Positions 25,081 to 38,100 are shown, counted from the first letter of the whole stretch. The stretch is DNA of 61,280 nucleotides, filler included, from Jimgerdemannia flammicorona (GCA_003990765.1; 2 parts of 2 records of this genome joined end to end with filler, not necessarily neighbours in it); one strand, 5' to 3'. The notes: generated by a model from the sequence alone, not told the origin. Program-made: numbers and translations.

Positions 25081-26074
25081 TATTGAAATATCTTAGTTAT
25101 ATGATGAAAAAATAATTCAGTTCTAAGTATAATTATCAGAGATCTATAAATTCTAATATATATTTATAATAGTATATTACAAACTTGAATACATTTTACA
25201 GATATAAATATATATATTGTGGCATTGGTTATGTATAATGAACTTCGACTGCATGACTCAATGTGTGCTACTGGTGAAGTGCGCAATGTATAACTGAATG
25301 CATTCGCGATGATTACAGGTTGATGGTCACGTGACAGGTTGTTTGATTCATGTGGTAATAATAATAGTGGGAGATCGTTCGACGATGGTGGCTCAATTGT
25401 TTAGTGGATGAGGTCGTTTGATTGTTCAATGGCTCAATATCCAGTGGAAAAGGGCATTCCTGGCGGCGAACTTGAATTTATGCGGTGACGACGGGCTTGG
25501 CTTTAAGCGGTTTGTGGCGCAGTAGGTCGGGAATCGGAGAAGCGGAGGTTGACGGCTCGCTCGTCCGTCTAACTTGTTAACTTGAGAGTGGGTTTACTGG
25601 GGTCCTTGGCGGTTGTTCTTGCTAGCTGGTGGGTCTTGTACTGGTATCCTTGAGTTCCTTGGCTTTTCGGGGTCTTGAATCTCGAATGGCAGCAAATGGC
25701 GGTCTCGAATGGTGGCGGTTCTTGAATCCTTGGCTGGGTCACTTGGGTCTCGAATGGCAGTTGAATGGCGGTGGTTGGGTAACGTTTTCTTTCCGTGGCA
25801 AGAGAAAATTCTTTAACTCAAATCTCGAGTGATCGTTGCTCTAGTTATCTTGTTCTCAGAATTTATCTGGTCTCTTGGAGGCAGTGGTTTCTTTGTAAAC
25901 TAGAACTGGCTGAGGTTTATTCACTCTAAGAATATGGGTTATTTATACAAGTTTGCTAGCTATGGGGGGGGGACACGACTAAGGCTAAGGTATACTACGT
26001 TGTGGCGAACTTATGCTATTGGTTTGCACGATGCGAGGTGCAGGCTATTGTTTACTATGGATTGGGTTGTAGGG

Positions 26075-26395
26075 GATAGCAACGCTGGATTTGGATGAGC
26101 TGACAAAATGCTGAAAACGGTGGTACTGGGTAGCAATGCTGGATTCAGATGAGCTGACAAAATGCTGAAAACGGTGGTACTGGGTAGCAATGCTGGATTC
26201 AGATGAGCTGACAAAATGCTGAAAATGGTGGTACTGGGTAGCAATGCTGGATTCGGATGAGCTGACATGATAAGATGATTGTTGCCAGAAACAGTTGTGG
26301 AGGGTGGCAATACTGAATTCGGACCTGCTGACAAAATGCTGAAAATAGTAGTACTGGGTAGCAACACTGGAAACAGACTTGCTGACAAAAGCTGG
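26075..26395. repeat. 54-bp tandem repeat, ~5-6 units
   Basis: Unit GCTGGATTCAGATGAGCTGACAAAATGCTGAAAACGGTGGTACTGGGTAGCAAT. Confidence 0.9.
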
Positions 26396-26420
26396 GTTCT
26401 CACAGCTGATGGGTGGTACT

Positions 26421-27482
26421 CTAGAGGAAATAGTACCCTTCGTCCATGGTGGGCAAATCTTGCTGGGTTGTGATTTTTTCTTCATCATATCTCTCCTCAA
26501 AGAGGGGAAGCGCCGGCCAAGAGGTGAGGGGGTAGAAAAGTGGCCAGTCATCTTCAACAACATTCTCCAACCCTTGAACAGCTTGAATGCAGACAGAGGA
26601 CTGGTAGACTCTCTGTTGCTCCTCTTCTTCTTCTGAAGACTCGTCAGTTTCAGTGTCAGAGGGGGTTTCTTCAGGGGCAGGGCCTTGGAGTTCTTGGGCC
26701 TCCTCTTCAAAGACAGGAACTTCTTGGACTTCTTCTTGATTTGGTTCCCAAATGATGAGGTGTGAATTGTGGCTGACAGGGTGGTGGGTGGTTGGGGTAG
26801 CTCCAACGAGTGCCTCTATAGTGATGGGCAGTCCTTCAAATATCTCCATAAGACTCATTAGGTGACCTTGATGGTTGTCTTGGAGTGGGGTGGTGTGGAA
26901 ACCTGGCTGAGTTGGTTCGGTTTGTTGGCTTCCTACAGCGATGCAGTTGCTGCCAATAGCATTGGCTACTTCGGATTCTATCCAGTCAGCATCTTTGGTT
27001 GATAGGCAGGAGAGGCTACCAGCTGTTACTCCTTGCAAGTATGCTATAGCCCAGGGAATATGGCAGAAGATTTGGTGGACACAGAGGGCTCTCTTGATTA
27101 GCCGGCTGGTGGTTAACATTTCAGCAATGAGGTCTTCTTGGTCGTCTTCTTGAGTCTCATTGCGAAGGCGGTGTCCGATTTCATAGTCATGCCAGAGGGT
27201 CATTCGTTCGGTAGTGTCTTTGAGCTGTTGGGTCATTATATACCGGTAGTTGATGAAGTGTCCAAGGTCCTCAGTGTAGAAGTTCAAGTGTTCGGAAGTA
27301 TCTGGGCGCCAGATGGCCTTCTTGATAGCTTCAAAGATCAGGGTCTTTGGGCCAGGCAAAGGGGTAGAGTGGTGGGAGGTCTGGTTGGTTCGGCGAATGG
27401 GAGGCATTGTATGGTGGGTACTTGGTTCTTTGGTGCCGATCCTTGAGGTAGAGTATAGTTCCTTAAATAATGTGGTCTTCAT
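26421..27482 (-). CDS. Extra ORF downstream of gypsy pol (353 aa, unknown function, acidic C-terminus)
   Basis: Uninterrupted ORF, co-oriented with pol, between integrase and the 3' repeat/LTR region. Confidence 0.65.
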   Translation of the reverse strand: MKTTLFKELYSTSRIGTKEPSTHHTMPPIRRTNQTSHHSTPLPGPKTLIFEAIKKAIWRPDTSEHLNFYTEDLGHFINYRYIMTQQLKDTTERMTLWHDYEIGHRLRNETQEDDQEDLIAEMLTTSRLIKRALCVHQIFCHIPWAIAYLQGVTAGSLSCLSTKDADWIESEVANAIGSNCIAVGSQQTEPTQPGFHTTPLQDNHQGHLMSLMEIFEGLPITIEALVGATPTTHHPVSHNSHLIIWEPNQEEVQEVPVFEEEAQELQGPAPEETPSDTETDESSEEEEEQQRVYQSSVCIQAVQGLENVVEDDWPLFYPLTSWPALPLFEERYDEEKITTQQDLPTMDEGYYFL

Positions 27483-30400
27483 TTTGGCTCAGATCATCTT
27501 GTCTTCTTTTGGGATGATCATCTAATGGGTCAGGTTGTCTATTTGATTATCACGCCATTATGTCGTCTGATCTTAGCAGTCACCAGTACTCCATTGTCAA
27601 TTGTGTACATCACATCTGCCCCTTGCAAAATTAGAGCCATCCACGGCAGTGAGGGTTACACAGAGTTGGGTGGTCTTAACTCCAGGGATGAGCAGAATGC
27701 TGGTGCATTTGTGAGGACTGGCCATCCTTGTCTAGGGCGAGGGCTCCCATAGTCATGGCTGGGGGTTCGAACCCATCGAAAATAGTATTACTTATAATCT
27801 GAGGCAATTTCTTAGTAACAATGTCTGTCACGTGGATGGGCTTGAGTCTGGTTCCAACATTGTTGGCTTTCTTGAGTTTCGAGTGAAATGTCTGTCATAT
27901 CTCCAGCGGAGACGACACAGACAGAGTGAACAGGATTGTTCAAATGTGTTTTGCTTCTCTTGAGTAGTAGAGTCTTATATGGTTGCGATGTATCTTGGTC
28001 TTGAGTATAACTCCATCCAAGGTCTTGAGTTGATAAGTGTGGTTCGAGAATACTTGGTGTATGAGATAGGGGCCTTCCCATTTTGGTTCAAGCTTGGCAC
28101 TCTAATTTCCTTCTATGATGGTACAGTACACCAGAACCTTTTGTCCAATGAGCAGGGGTTCGAGGTCAGCTTTGCAGTCATAGTACCTCTTTTGTCATTC
28201 TTGTGCCTTGGCGATAAATCCTTGTACTTGCTGGCGTATGTTGTGTAACCGGGTGATCTCTTCTGTGACTCGTTTTGACAGATCTAGCTGGACTGGTTCA
28301 GTAGGATCTTGTGCTTCTCAGCCATACACCAAATAGAAGGGGGTCTGTTGGGTAGCGGTTGCCTTAGAGGTACGGATGCTGAACAGAATTGCCGATAGAT
28401 AGATGTCCCAGTTTAGTTGATCTCCGGTTCTACTGAGACCTCGCTTGATGGTCTGGTTCATTCATTCAGTAAGTCCATTTACCTGTAGGTGGTAGACTGT
28501 TGTTGGTTGTAGCTTGATCTTGAAGTTGCTTGCAAAGGTCTTCATGGCTTGGTTGACAAATTCTCGACCTTGGTCTATAATGATTTCCTTGGGCACACTA
28601 TGGCGGCTGAAAATTTCATCATACAGGATCCCAATAATTGTCTGGGCATCGGCAGTCTCAATGGCAAAGGCTTCGGGCCATTTTGTCAGGTGGTCTTTGA
28701 TAGTGAGGATGTAGCATCTTCCTCGGCTGGTTACTGGTAGGGGTCTAATAATGTCTATTCCTAGTCTTTGAAAGGCTCCAGCTGGTGCTGCGATTGGTAT
28801 TAATGGTGCTCTGTCGGTAGGCTTTTGTCAGTATCTTTGGCAGGTATCACATTGTTGAATGTGCGTTGAAATTTGTTTTCTCATCTTGGGCCACCAGTAT
28901 CGCTTCTTGATTCTTGCAATTATGGTGCCAATTCCTCGGTGTGCATTTTGGTCATAATTTGTTGTCAGGATCTTCAATATTTCTTCTTCTCTTGGAACTC
29001 GGGTATACTGCTCTCCTTTTACTCTCCAAAGTTCACCATCGCCTTCTTGGAATTTCTTGAAATTCCTTTGGATAAACAACTTGTGGGCTGGTTGGATTTC
29101 TTTCTTGAAGCTTCTATGGTGCAGACTCCAGGTGAGGGCGAGGCGCAATTCTTGGTTCATTTGGGTGAGCGGGAAGCAGCCTTCTCTTGTAGGGGCTCCT
29201 TCCCTTCTTGTTGGTTTCACGGGATTCTTGACAGGGTATCGATATTGGAATTCTTAGCACCTTTCTTGTAGACAATAGTGAACTGATATTCTTGCAGAGA
29301 CATGATCCATCTAGTGAAGATTCCTGAGGGCTCTGGCTTGTTAAACAACCATTGTAGAGCTTGATGGTCAGTAATGAGGGCGAATCTCTTTCCCAAGAGA
29401 TAGTGTCGGAAGTGGTCTACAGCCCAAACTACTGCTAGGCATTCCAACTTAGTGGCTCCATAGTTCACTTGTGTTTCATTCATGGCCTTGCTAGCATATT
29501 CAATAACATGCTCTCTCTTCTGGTCATCTTGCTGAGACAGAATTAATCCAAGTCCTAAGGCTGAGGCATCAGTTGCCAGGATGAATGGTTTGCCAAAGTC
29601 TAGTCACACCAGGACAGGGGCTTTAGTAAGGGCCTTTTTGAGTAGGTCGAATGACTTTTGTTGTTCCTTTTTCCAGTAGAATGGTTGGTCCTTCTTGAAG
29701 ATATCTTGGAGAGATGCTGCCTTATCCAAAAACCTTGGGATAAATTGTCGATAGTAGGATGCCAGCATAAGGAAGGATAGGGTCTCCTTTGCTGAGGTCG
29801 GGGTTGAGTAGTTCTTGACTTTCTCCACCTTGCAGGGGTTGGCATGTATTCCTTGAGCTGAGACAACATATCCCAAATATTCAACTTGATGTTTTCTGAA
29901 GAAGCACTTCTTGGCATTGAGTCTGAGTTCTGAATTTCGAATGGTATTGAATACTTCACGGAGGTCTTGCAAATGCTGCTTGAATGTCTCAGAGTAGATG
30001 ATGACATCATCTATGTACACTAGTACATTTCTTCTAATGAGGTCCCAGTAGACATAGTTCATCATTCGTTGGAATGAGGCGGGTGCATTGCAGAGTCCAA
30101 AGGGCATTCATAGGTATTCATACTGTCCTCGTCTGGTGATGAAGGCTGTCTTGCAGATATCTTCTTTGGTAATGAGTATTACTTGGAATCCTTAGAACTG
30201 GTCAGTAGTGGTCATGTATTTGGCTTTTCCGAAGGCATTGATGAGATCATCAATTCTTGGCAGTGGATAGACATCTTCTGTGGTGACTTTGTTGAGTTTT
30301 CTGAAATCCACGACTAATCTCCATCCTCCTTTCTTTGGTACTATGATTGCTGGTGAGGCCCAGGGGCTTGATGATGGTCTGATGACTCCATTTCATAGCA

Positions 30401-30590
30401 TTTCGTCTATGTGTTGTTGTTTGAATTCAATCAGATGATGTGGTGTTCAGTAGAGTCGTTGTCGGATTGGTCTTGCATCTCCAGTATGTATAGGGTGTTC
30501 TCCATATTGATATGGTGGGAAGTTATCATATGTGGTGGTAAATATATCTTTGTACTCCTCTATCAACTCCTGTATTTGTTGTTGCTGGTC

Positions 30591-30690
30591 NNNNNNNNNN
30601 NNNNNNNNNNNNNNNNNNNNNNNNNNNNNNNNNNTTAATTAATTAANNNNNNNNNNNNNNNNNNNNNNNNNNNNNNNNNNNNNNNNNNNN
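30591..30690. other. Assembly gap or artificial linker
   Basis: Ns flanking TTAATTAATTAA, which has stops in all six frames. Confidence 0.95.
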
Positions 30691-32874
30691 AAAAAAAAAA
30701 AAAAAAGAGTTCAATCTAGAGTATAAGGTAGTAGATAAGAGAGTATGCCAGAGTTTGTAACTTCTTATTAGCTACAGGGGGGCTATCTTGAATAGTCTGA
30801 GTAGAGCAAAGACTAGCAGAGTTAGCAGAGGAAGTATACAGAATTTGCAGCCCTCTACTAGCAGTAAGGAATAATCTCAAGCTATCAGTTGATGAGAAAG
30901 TCTAGGTTAAAGAGAGTATATAAAATTTGTAGCCCAATAACTTACTGTGAGAAGTAGCTTCAAGCAGTTAGATTCTAATATAAATTTGAGCCCCATAGAT
31001 ACTCTGGTTCCACAAGCATCCTGGTCCTATACTATAGTACTATACTAGCAGTACTATAAAGTAGAGTCAAGAGGCTGATAGAGTCTGGCAAAAAGCTAAA
31101 CTAATACTATAAAAAGAGGTACCTGACTGCTTACCTAACCTTCACAAAAGACTGTCTAACCCTTACAAAACTGCTCTATCTGCTGATCTCAGGCCTTGAT
31201 GAGCCTATTATCTATTATAAGTATAATAACTATAGTATCTGAGCTCTTCTTAAAGGTAATAGTACTATAGAGGTCATGTGGTTAGAATAGGATAGTTGTG
31301 TTGACTGCAAACAGAACTCTGAAACTATAAGTAAAGTTGTATTAGATACTACTACCATTCTCTCAAGTTGGGTTCTTTCTTTCTGGAATATAAAATATTA
31401 TCAGAGTAATATTATTATCTGTATATATAAATAGAGAAATATTATACCTAATATATCCTAATATGATATAAGTATATAGTTGGGTAAACTCTTAGCTCAG
31501 AACCTCATATTGTCAGATAGTACTGAAGAATATCTACTCTTCATCAAGCCCTAGAAGTCTCAGCTTAGAAATCTGCTAAAATAGACAGTATTTAGTCAAA
31601 TTCTTCCTTTTTATATATAAGAGACAGAAACTCTTGAGTTGCATAAAAAAAAAAGTCAAGCTCCTCACTTTATATAGTATACTAAATTATATCAAGAATG
31701 TATATATATAGCTATACTAAGAATACCACTAAGCTGATCTACTGTTTAGTCTAGCAATCTACTCAAAGAGTCCCAAATCATGGCCACCATTACTGTATAG
31801 ATCATATCATACTAATATATAGCTTATTCTTCAACAGTACTTTTAAAGTTCTAATAAGAAAATAGAATCTTATATATCTCTGAAAATTTAACAAGAATAG
31901 GTTAGTAAAAAAAATATCAAAAAAGAAGAGACAAATATAGAGGATTTCAGAAAAACCAATATTATGATATATCTAATTTCTGTCTAAACCCCCCCCCTCT
32001 TTACTTTTTATACTCTCTCTTTCTCACTACTTAGTATTTGATACAATCCTTACAAATCTTATTAATATAGTGATGAAGCTTATCACTATAGAGATTCTTT
32101 ATCACTATTACAACTACCTCTTTATAATTATTAACAATGATATAGTTCTCTTCATTATTAAATACTCCAGTAGGCCAATAGGCTTCTTGATCAAGAATCA
32201 TTAATTTCAATTTAAATGTAGACTCCAAAGCTTTGATAGTAATGCTAGTATTACTCATACTGAATAACTTGTTCTTAAACTTCTCTATTTGATCAGATAC
32301 TAGATATGATTGAACTTGAGTAACTTTGAACTCTCCTCTGTAGTGAAACTGAGTCTTGATCTGAGTAGTGAGCTAAGTTAAGTATGTGGATAAATTATAT
32401 ATAAGTATTGTATAGAAATTTTTAGAGAAAAATATATAAAAATGAAGTTAAATAAAATATAAAGTAAGTATTCAGAAAAGAGCATAAAAATGAGTTATAT
32501 ATAGATGAGTTATATAAGATTGCTCACAAAGGCTTACTTCTGATCCTTTTGAGATCTCTGCCATATAATATATTGACTCAATAGCTCAACTACTAAAGAT
32601 ATGTCTCATAATATTTTCCAGCCTTTTGTCATCTTGACCAGATATTATAAATAAAGTTAGCAGATCTTACTGTAGAGCTGTGAATCCTAAGAAAAAGAGA
32701 ATAGTATAAAATAAATTTAGTCATATTGTGAAAATTTAAATATAGTGGCAAAAAGGTAACTTATATCTACTATCAGCTATTCTAAAAAGACTACTATATA
32801 TATAGCTATAAGGTCTATAAATTCTGAGATCTGAAGGGTTATCATAAGTTGTTGCCAGAATTCTCTCTCATTCT

Positions 32875-32925
32875 CATCATCACTATTACTATTACTATTA
32901 CTATTACTATTACTACTACTACTTT
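32875..32925. repeat. (ACTATT)n/(ACT)n microsatellite
   Basis: Directly visible. Confidence 0.85.
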
Positions 32926-33164
32926 AGCTTTTAATGAGCAGCTTGTATATTGCCTATATGAGAAAGAATTTAACATTATCAGCAGAGAGTACTTTTTTAT
33001 CTTGAATATTCTCTCTTTTGACAATTATTAGATAAAAAAATAAGTAGACCAATCTATTATTAAGAGTTGCTATTTATTTATTTATAATACAGTAGGAGAA
33101 ATAAAAAGAAGCATTAGAGAATAAAGAAAGAGAGAACAAAGAAAGAGTGATATTACTAAATATT

Positions 33165-33294
33165 TTAAGTAATCTGGATTAATCCAGATCAATCCAGATT
33201 AGATCATAAGATTAATCTGAGTTGATTCAAATCTATTATATGATGAATCTGAATCAAATCTCATCTAGATAAATTATATCCATTTGGAGTACTA
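33165..33294. mobile_element. Degenerate hAT-like terminus
   Basis: AATCCAG/GATTCA subterminal motifs ending GGAGTACTA. Confidence 0.4.
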
Positions 33295-33858
33295 GTAATA
33301 GCAGATCACTCTATGGCACCTCTCTATCTAAGGAGAATGAGACCCCCTAATATCTATTTATCAGAATAGCTATCTAACTCTCCTCTAACAGACTAATCAA
33401 AAACTATTAGAATCTCTAAAAAAAACTCTAATATATTTTAGTACTCTCTTCAGCTATACTCATCACCAGCTTGCAATTTATATCCAGAAGCATGATTGGC
33501 TTCCAGTTCTTCCTCTTCTTGTCTTTATATAATAAAACTACCAGTCTCAGATATTATCCTCCAATCCAAGCTCCAGAGCTAATAACTTCATCATATATCT
33601 ATAACATCTTCTCCAATACCACCTCATCACCTGCCATTCTCTTCCAGAAATCCCAGGGCAAGCCATTCTCCCCCAGTACCATCCTGAGACTCATCATTGC
33701 CAATATCTGAAGAATCTCCTCCCCTTGGCAAGTTCACCCAGACCCTCTGCTGGATCTGGGTACCAGTCCTCTAGTTGCCACTCAATGACTAGTGCATCCT
33801 CCCCACCCTCCTCCTCACTCCACAATAGCCCCCAACGCCCACTCAACTGTCCCAAGAT
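33295..33858 (-). mobile_element. LINE RT fragment related to the full-length LINEs
   Basis: Aligns with ~44520-45290 (GLPWDFWKR, LWSEEEGG). Confidence 0.8.
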
Positions 33859-34703
33859 GCGAAAAGTTCCAACGTTTCTGTCTACATTTCAAGTTGCTTA
33901 ACGCGAGCTTTACACAAACGATTGTGGGACGTAAGCTCCTCACGTGATTAATTTTTTCTTGTTAAACTGGTCTCTCCCGCCTGTCGCCTGTTTCAATCCA
34001 CGAATGCCACCAGAACAGTCTACAACAATACCATCTACACCGGATATAACAAGTGTACCTTATTGACTTCGGCAATCCAATCCACATAACAAATTAATTT
34101 ACAGCCGTCGGCCGGACTCTTCTCCGAGCATACGCGGCGCACTTGCATCGCCCTATTTCACTGTCGATGAACATTTTAAGAGATAATTGGTCAGTATGTT
34201 TTGGTGAAACGTTGATGGAACCAAATCTACGAGGGTGCTTCAATGGCACGGTTATAAAACTCGGCATATCTCTGATCGCCATCACGTAGCAACATGCCAT
34301 GCTTCTGAGGCTCTGTCCTGTTTGAATGTAGATGGTTTGGCCAGTACAACGCTAAATGGGATTCCTTAAGAATGGCTTTCAACTGGACGTTTCGACTCTG
34401 CGCGCATGTAGCCATCTTTTGTGGGTGCGGCGTGGAAATCTACTTCCAAAAGAGAGACTCAAAGATCACATTCCGTTTCTGCTCATACTAGACACATGTC
34501 TCGGCGTTGGGCACTGAAATATACATTATATTGAGTTTTCTAATGTAGAATTCGGCATTGATCACAAACCTGTAATCATCAAAGTTCGACGAATAGATGG
34601 CCCATCCGTGTTTTGGTGTCGCGTGGCCATAACGGCGGTTTATTCAATAACTGGCATACAATACTTAGGGTTGGTGTGAATAACACGACTCTCAAAATTT
34701 CAC

Positions 34704-35153
34704 TCATTGATCCTCCAACCTAGGCCTCCGCCTCCTCGTCGTCCCAATGCCCCTGTGGAACCAGCCCACAATTCCCGCCGGGGACCTCAGCACCTGAATG
34801 AAATAGGAGCCGAGGAAAAGCAAGGCCAGCGACCCGAGTACGACCCAGAACAAGATGATAACTGCCTCGGCTCTCGCCTCTGATTGGATGAAGTGGTCAA
34901 TCCCATCCCAGGTCTTGTTGTTGGCGACGAAGACGCCGGCCTTCGCCCAGATTACCTGCTCGTAGGCAATCATGAACCCCGCTATCCCAATGCACACCAG
35001 CATCACCGCGTTCGTGTAGTGGAACTCGGGCAGGTCCTCGTCAGAGTCGTACTCACGTTTTCTGTACGTTTCGGTCTGCAGAGGCTGTATGTCATTAGTT
35101 CCTGATATGATGTATTGATACGGTGAAGGAGAGGAGGTGGAGGAACGTACCAT
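34704..35153 (-). CDS. Orphan 149-aa protein with two predicted TM helices
   Basis: Intronless ORF with two hydrophobic segments. TATAAA about 50 nt upstream and AATAAA downstream (~34639-34644). Confidence 0.55.
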   Translation of the reverse strand: MVRSSTSSPSPYQYIISGTNDIQPLQTETYRKREYDSDEDLPEFHYTNAVMLVCIGIAGFMIAYEQVIWAKAGVFVANNKTWDGIDHFIQSEARAEAVIILFWVVLGSLALLFLGSYFIQVLRSPAGIVGWFHRGIGTTRRRRPRLEDQ

Positions 35154-38100
35154 GCTTACAGAGCTATCGCAGACGGGGGCGAGGGACGATGATTCGAGCC
35201 TGTTTATAAGGAGAATGAAGGTCAGGATATTTCGGTCATCTGTATTTGATTAAAGAAATGAGATACATTACAAAATCTCTTGTAACCCGTACTCGGTATA
35301 TTTCGACTGCGAAACCTTTTCATTATCATCCATTTTGAATCGCGTATGAGAGCGTATGGGAAAGAACCCAGCAAGCCCGCTAGAAACGGAAAATGAGCTC
35401 CTTGACAGTGCACCCCCCGTTGATGACAAACATGTCAGATCACGACATCCAGTATGCTGCAAATATATCAGCTGTGCTACTTTTCCCATGCCAAGCATAC
35501 CTAATAAATTCAGTTCCCAGACCAAGAAAACCTACGCTGATCACAAGGGTGGTCGATAATTTAATCTTTTGGTTGAAAATACAAAGGTGAATTCAAGCTG
35601 AAAACGGCGACCAACGTAGAAATACGACCACGACAAGCTCAGATTTGATAAAAACCTGTCTCGGATATTCAAATGGTTTTTCTCAACGCTACGTTGCTCT
35701 CCAATCTGATGAAGAATGTGGAACACAACTAGAGGCACATGTCACTTTGATTTGGCCATCTGCATAATCGTCTTAATCTGGCTTTCCGAAAACCCATTCC
35801 GTTTAGAGGGCCGGAAAACAACGCTCTGGTTCAGCACCGCAGTTACCAGAGCCCGCGTAGTACTCACAAAACAAGGCCACCCAGGTTGTCATGTGAGGCA
35901 GCTTCAGCAAACGCGCTCAGATTCACGGCATCTGATTTTGATACATACCCAAATGTCCCAACACGGATTTTGTTACCAAAAGCAAATTTCGTACGAGCAC
36001 AGGAAAGCGCTTGTGGTGAAGACCTCTGGTGGAACTGAGGCCCACAGATATTTTAGAGATCCATTGGTTTACCCTCCCGCGCGTGGGACTTCCTGTACTT
36101 ACCTAGGACCCGCTCGCAAATTCACATCCCAATCAAGGGTTAAGGATGGTAACAGAAACACCAGCAATAGAGATGGCGATAGAAGAGGGAACTATGTGGA
36201 AGAGAGACGTAATTGCGGCACGATAATATGGTATACATCTCAAGGTCATGTCTGCGACACCCAATTTTGGCAGCCATCTTCTGTGATATACGTGAGCAAA
36301 AACAGGCCCACTGAGAGTTTCGAGGTCGTAGGAGAAGGGAAGAGAGGGAAGATCCTGTCATTTATTTTATTGAAACGTGGGGGCTATCACGAGGCCTGAA
36401 GTCACCATAGTAGAAGCTGGCGCTCAAGCAAACCTAGCTATGCCAATCGCGGCTAAGGCGCCGAGATGTCGCCTAATAAGGTTCAATTTTTTCAACGCAA
36501 CCGAATTGGTTTCGTCGTATACCTTTGTTCAAGTTCCTTAAGTAGCGCCAAGAGCCAGAGCAGGGTCCCCGCTTCGGCATCGTCGCAGGAACGCCTTTTC
36601 TTCTCCCACCTCCACTTCCGGAACGTCTGAGCCGACGTCTGGCACTCAGAAGTTGCTCGGCGGTGAGAGTTAGATGCTGCCTCCGGGATTTGGATTGTCG
36701 GTAAAAAATAACTTCCTCTTTCTTCATGGGAGGGAGCGGGATGGGGAGCAGAGGTGCGGGCGCAGCGGCGGAGGAACGAAGTTGAGCAATATTAATTGTT
36801 ACTGGCTGTCCTTTCACGCAAAATTCGAAGCCCTAGAACCTAGCCTTTCTTATTGACCAGCTGACTTGATTTTCATGTTATAATTACGTTTGGGATAGAG
36901 CAAAAAAGTTTCCACAAAAAATTACCCTTCTATATCCACGACGACGATCTCCTGATTTGGCAATCCCACAATCGCAATGTCCTTCGTGGATAGTATATAG
37001 TCACTTTCAGTGGGCCCTGCTATTTCTCTTCAAAAAGGGCGTATGGTGGGGTTCCGCAAGGGATTCCCAATACCACGTGGGCATTTGCCTGTGCGGAATC
37101 GTCATCCAGAGATTTCGGGCGCATAATATTTGTAAACCGGCGGCTCAGGCTTCGCTTCAAGCTGGAGCCGCCCCCAAATCAACGAAAAATGTGTTTTAAA
37201 GTAATATGGTGACGTTATACCTAGTTATACGTCACGTCATTAGCCGATCTGTCACGAGGAAAACGATTCCTTTTTCGATCTGAACGATGACGGCGAAGGA
37301 CTTTCAACTTTCATCTCCGGCGAATTTTTGACTTGACCAGCACACTCCGATCCGCAGACGAACAGGATCCACTCACCAACCAGGACAGCGACGAGGCCGG
37401 CCTCTGCCTCCGTAATGAATGTCCCTGCAACAATGCTTTAAACCCAGCAGGGCTCCGCACACCAACCTGACCTACTTCTATGTCATTTTTGACGGCATAA
37501 CACGCAAACCCCAATTCGTTGACCTATCGCTCTCCTTTGCCGAACTTTTCGAAAGCCGGCAACTTTTCCCAGGTAGCTCGATCTGGCCGACCTGATCAAA
37601 ATCTACTCGAACGGGGTGTACACCTGATCCTCAATCAGCCAAGCGTTTCAAGTGTGGATACCGTCGAGGAACTCGCCCGCGAACTCCGCGGTCATTCGCG
37701 CGCCATTCTCCTCTCGCTGACCCCAATCCAAACGTCCCGAGCGCATATATATTGAAAAAGTCATGCCTCGTGAAGTGTCACAGGACTGCCGTAACGATCA
37801 ATCAGACTCAGGATGGGAGTGATTGCTTTGTCGTTGGGGATTATTCCCCGAACTCGAAAGAATCCATCAAGTGATCGTCACGCCCGAATCCGTGTCTACA
37901 ACGCTTCCAGTTCATTCCCTCTTGTTTAGACACGATTTGTACCTGGTTCTGCTGCAGCATTTGTTGGTGGAGTCGGGTGAGCCTTTTGAGAACTTCTAGC
38001 ATTCAAAAGCATATTATTGTCTGGACAATAATTTGAATCATTATGCTGGAGTATCCTTGGTTATGAAATAACAGTGCATGTTGTTCCATTAATAAACGAT

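Larger units (their letters stand above)
25218..30590 (-). mobile_element. Ty3/gypsy LTR retrotransposon (RT-RH-IN, extra 3' ORF, 3' LTR), cut by the gap
   Basis: MPFGLCNAPASFQR and VYIDDV (RT); LECLAVVWAVDHFRHYL (RH); HRGIG..YWWP..CDTCQ (IN). TG start at 25218, TATA-like motif at ~25941-25948. Confidence 0.92.

Noticed and set aside
26075..26395. CRISPR-like or hammerhead array
   Set aside because: No unique spacers, eukaryotic TE context, and the core reads C(A/G)GATGA rather than CTGATGA.
27715..27780. tRNA or SINE (GGTTCGAACCC)
   Set aside because: A cloverleaf cannot be built and there is no convincing A-box.
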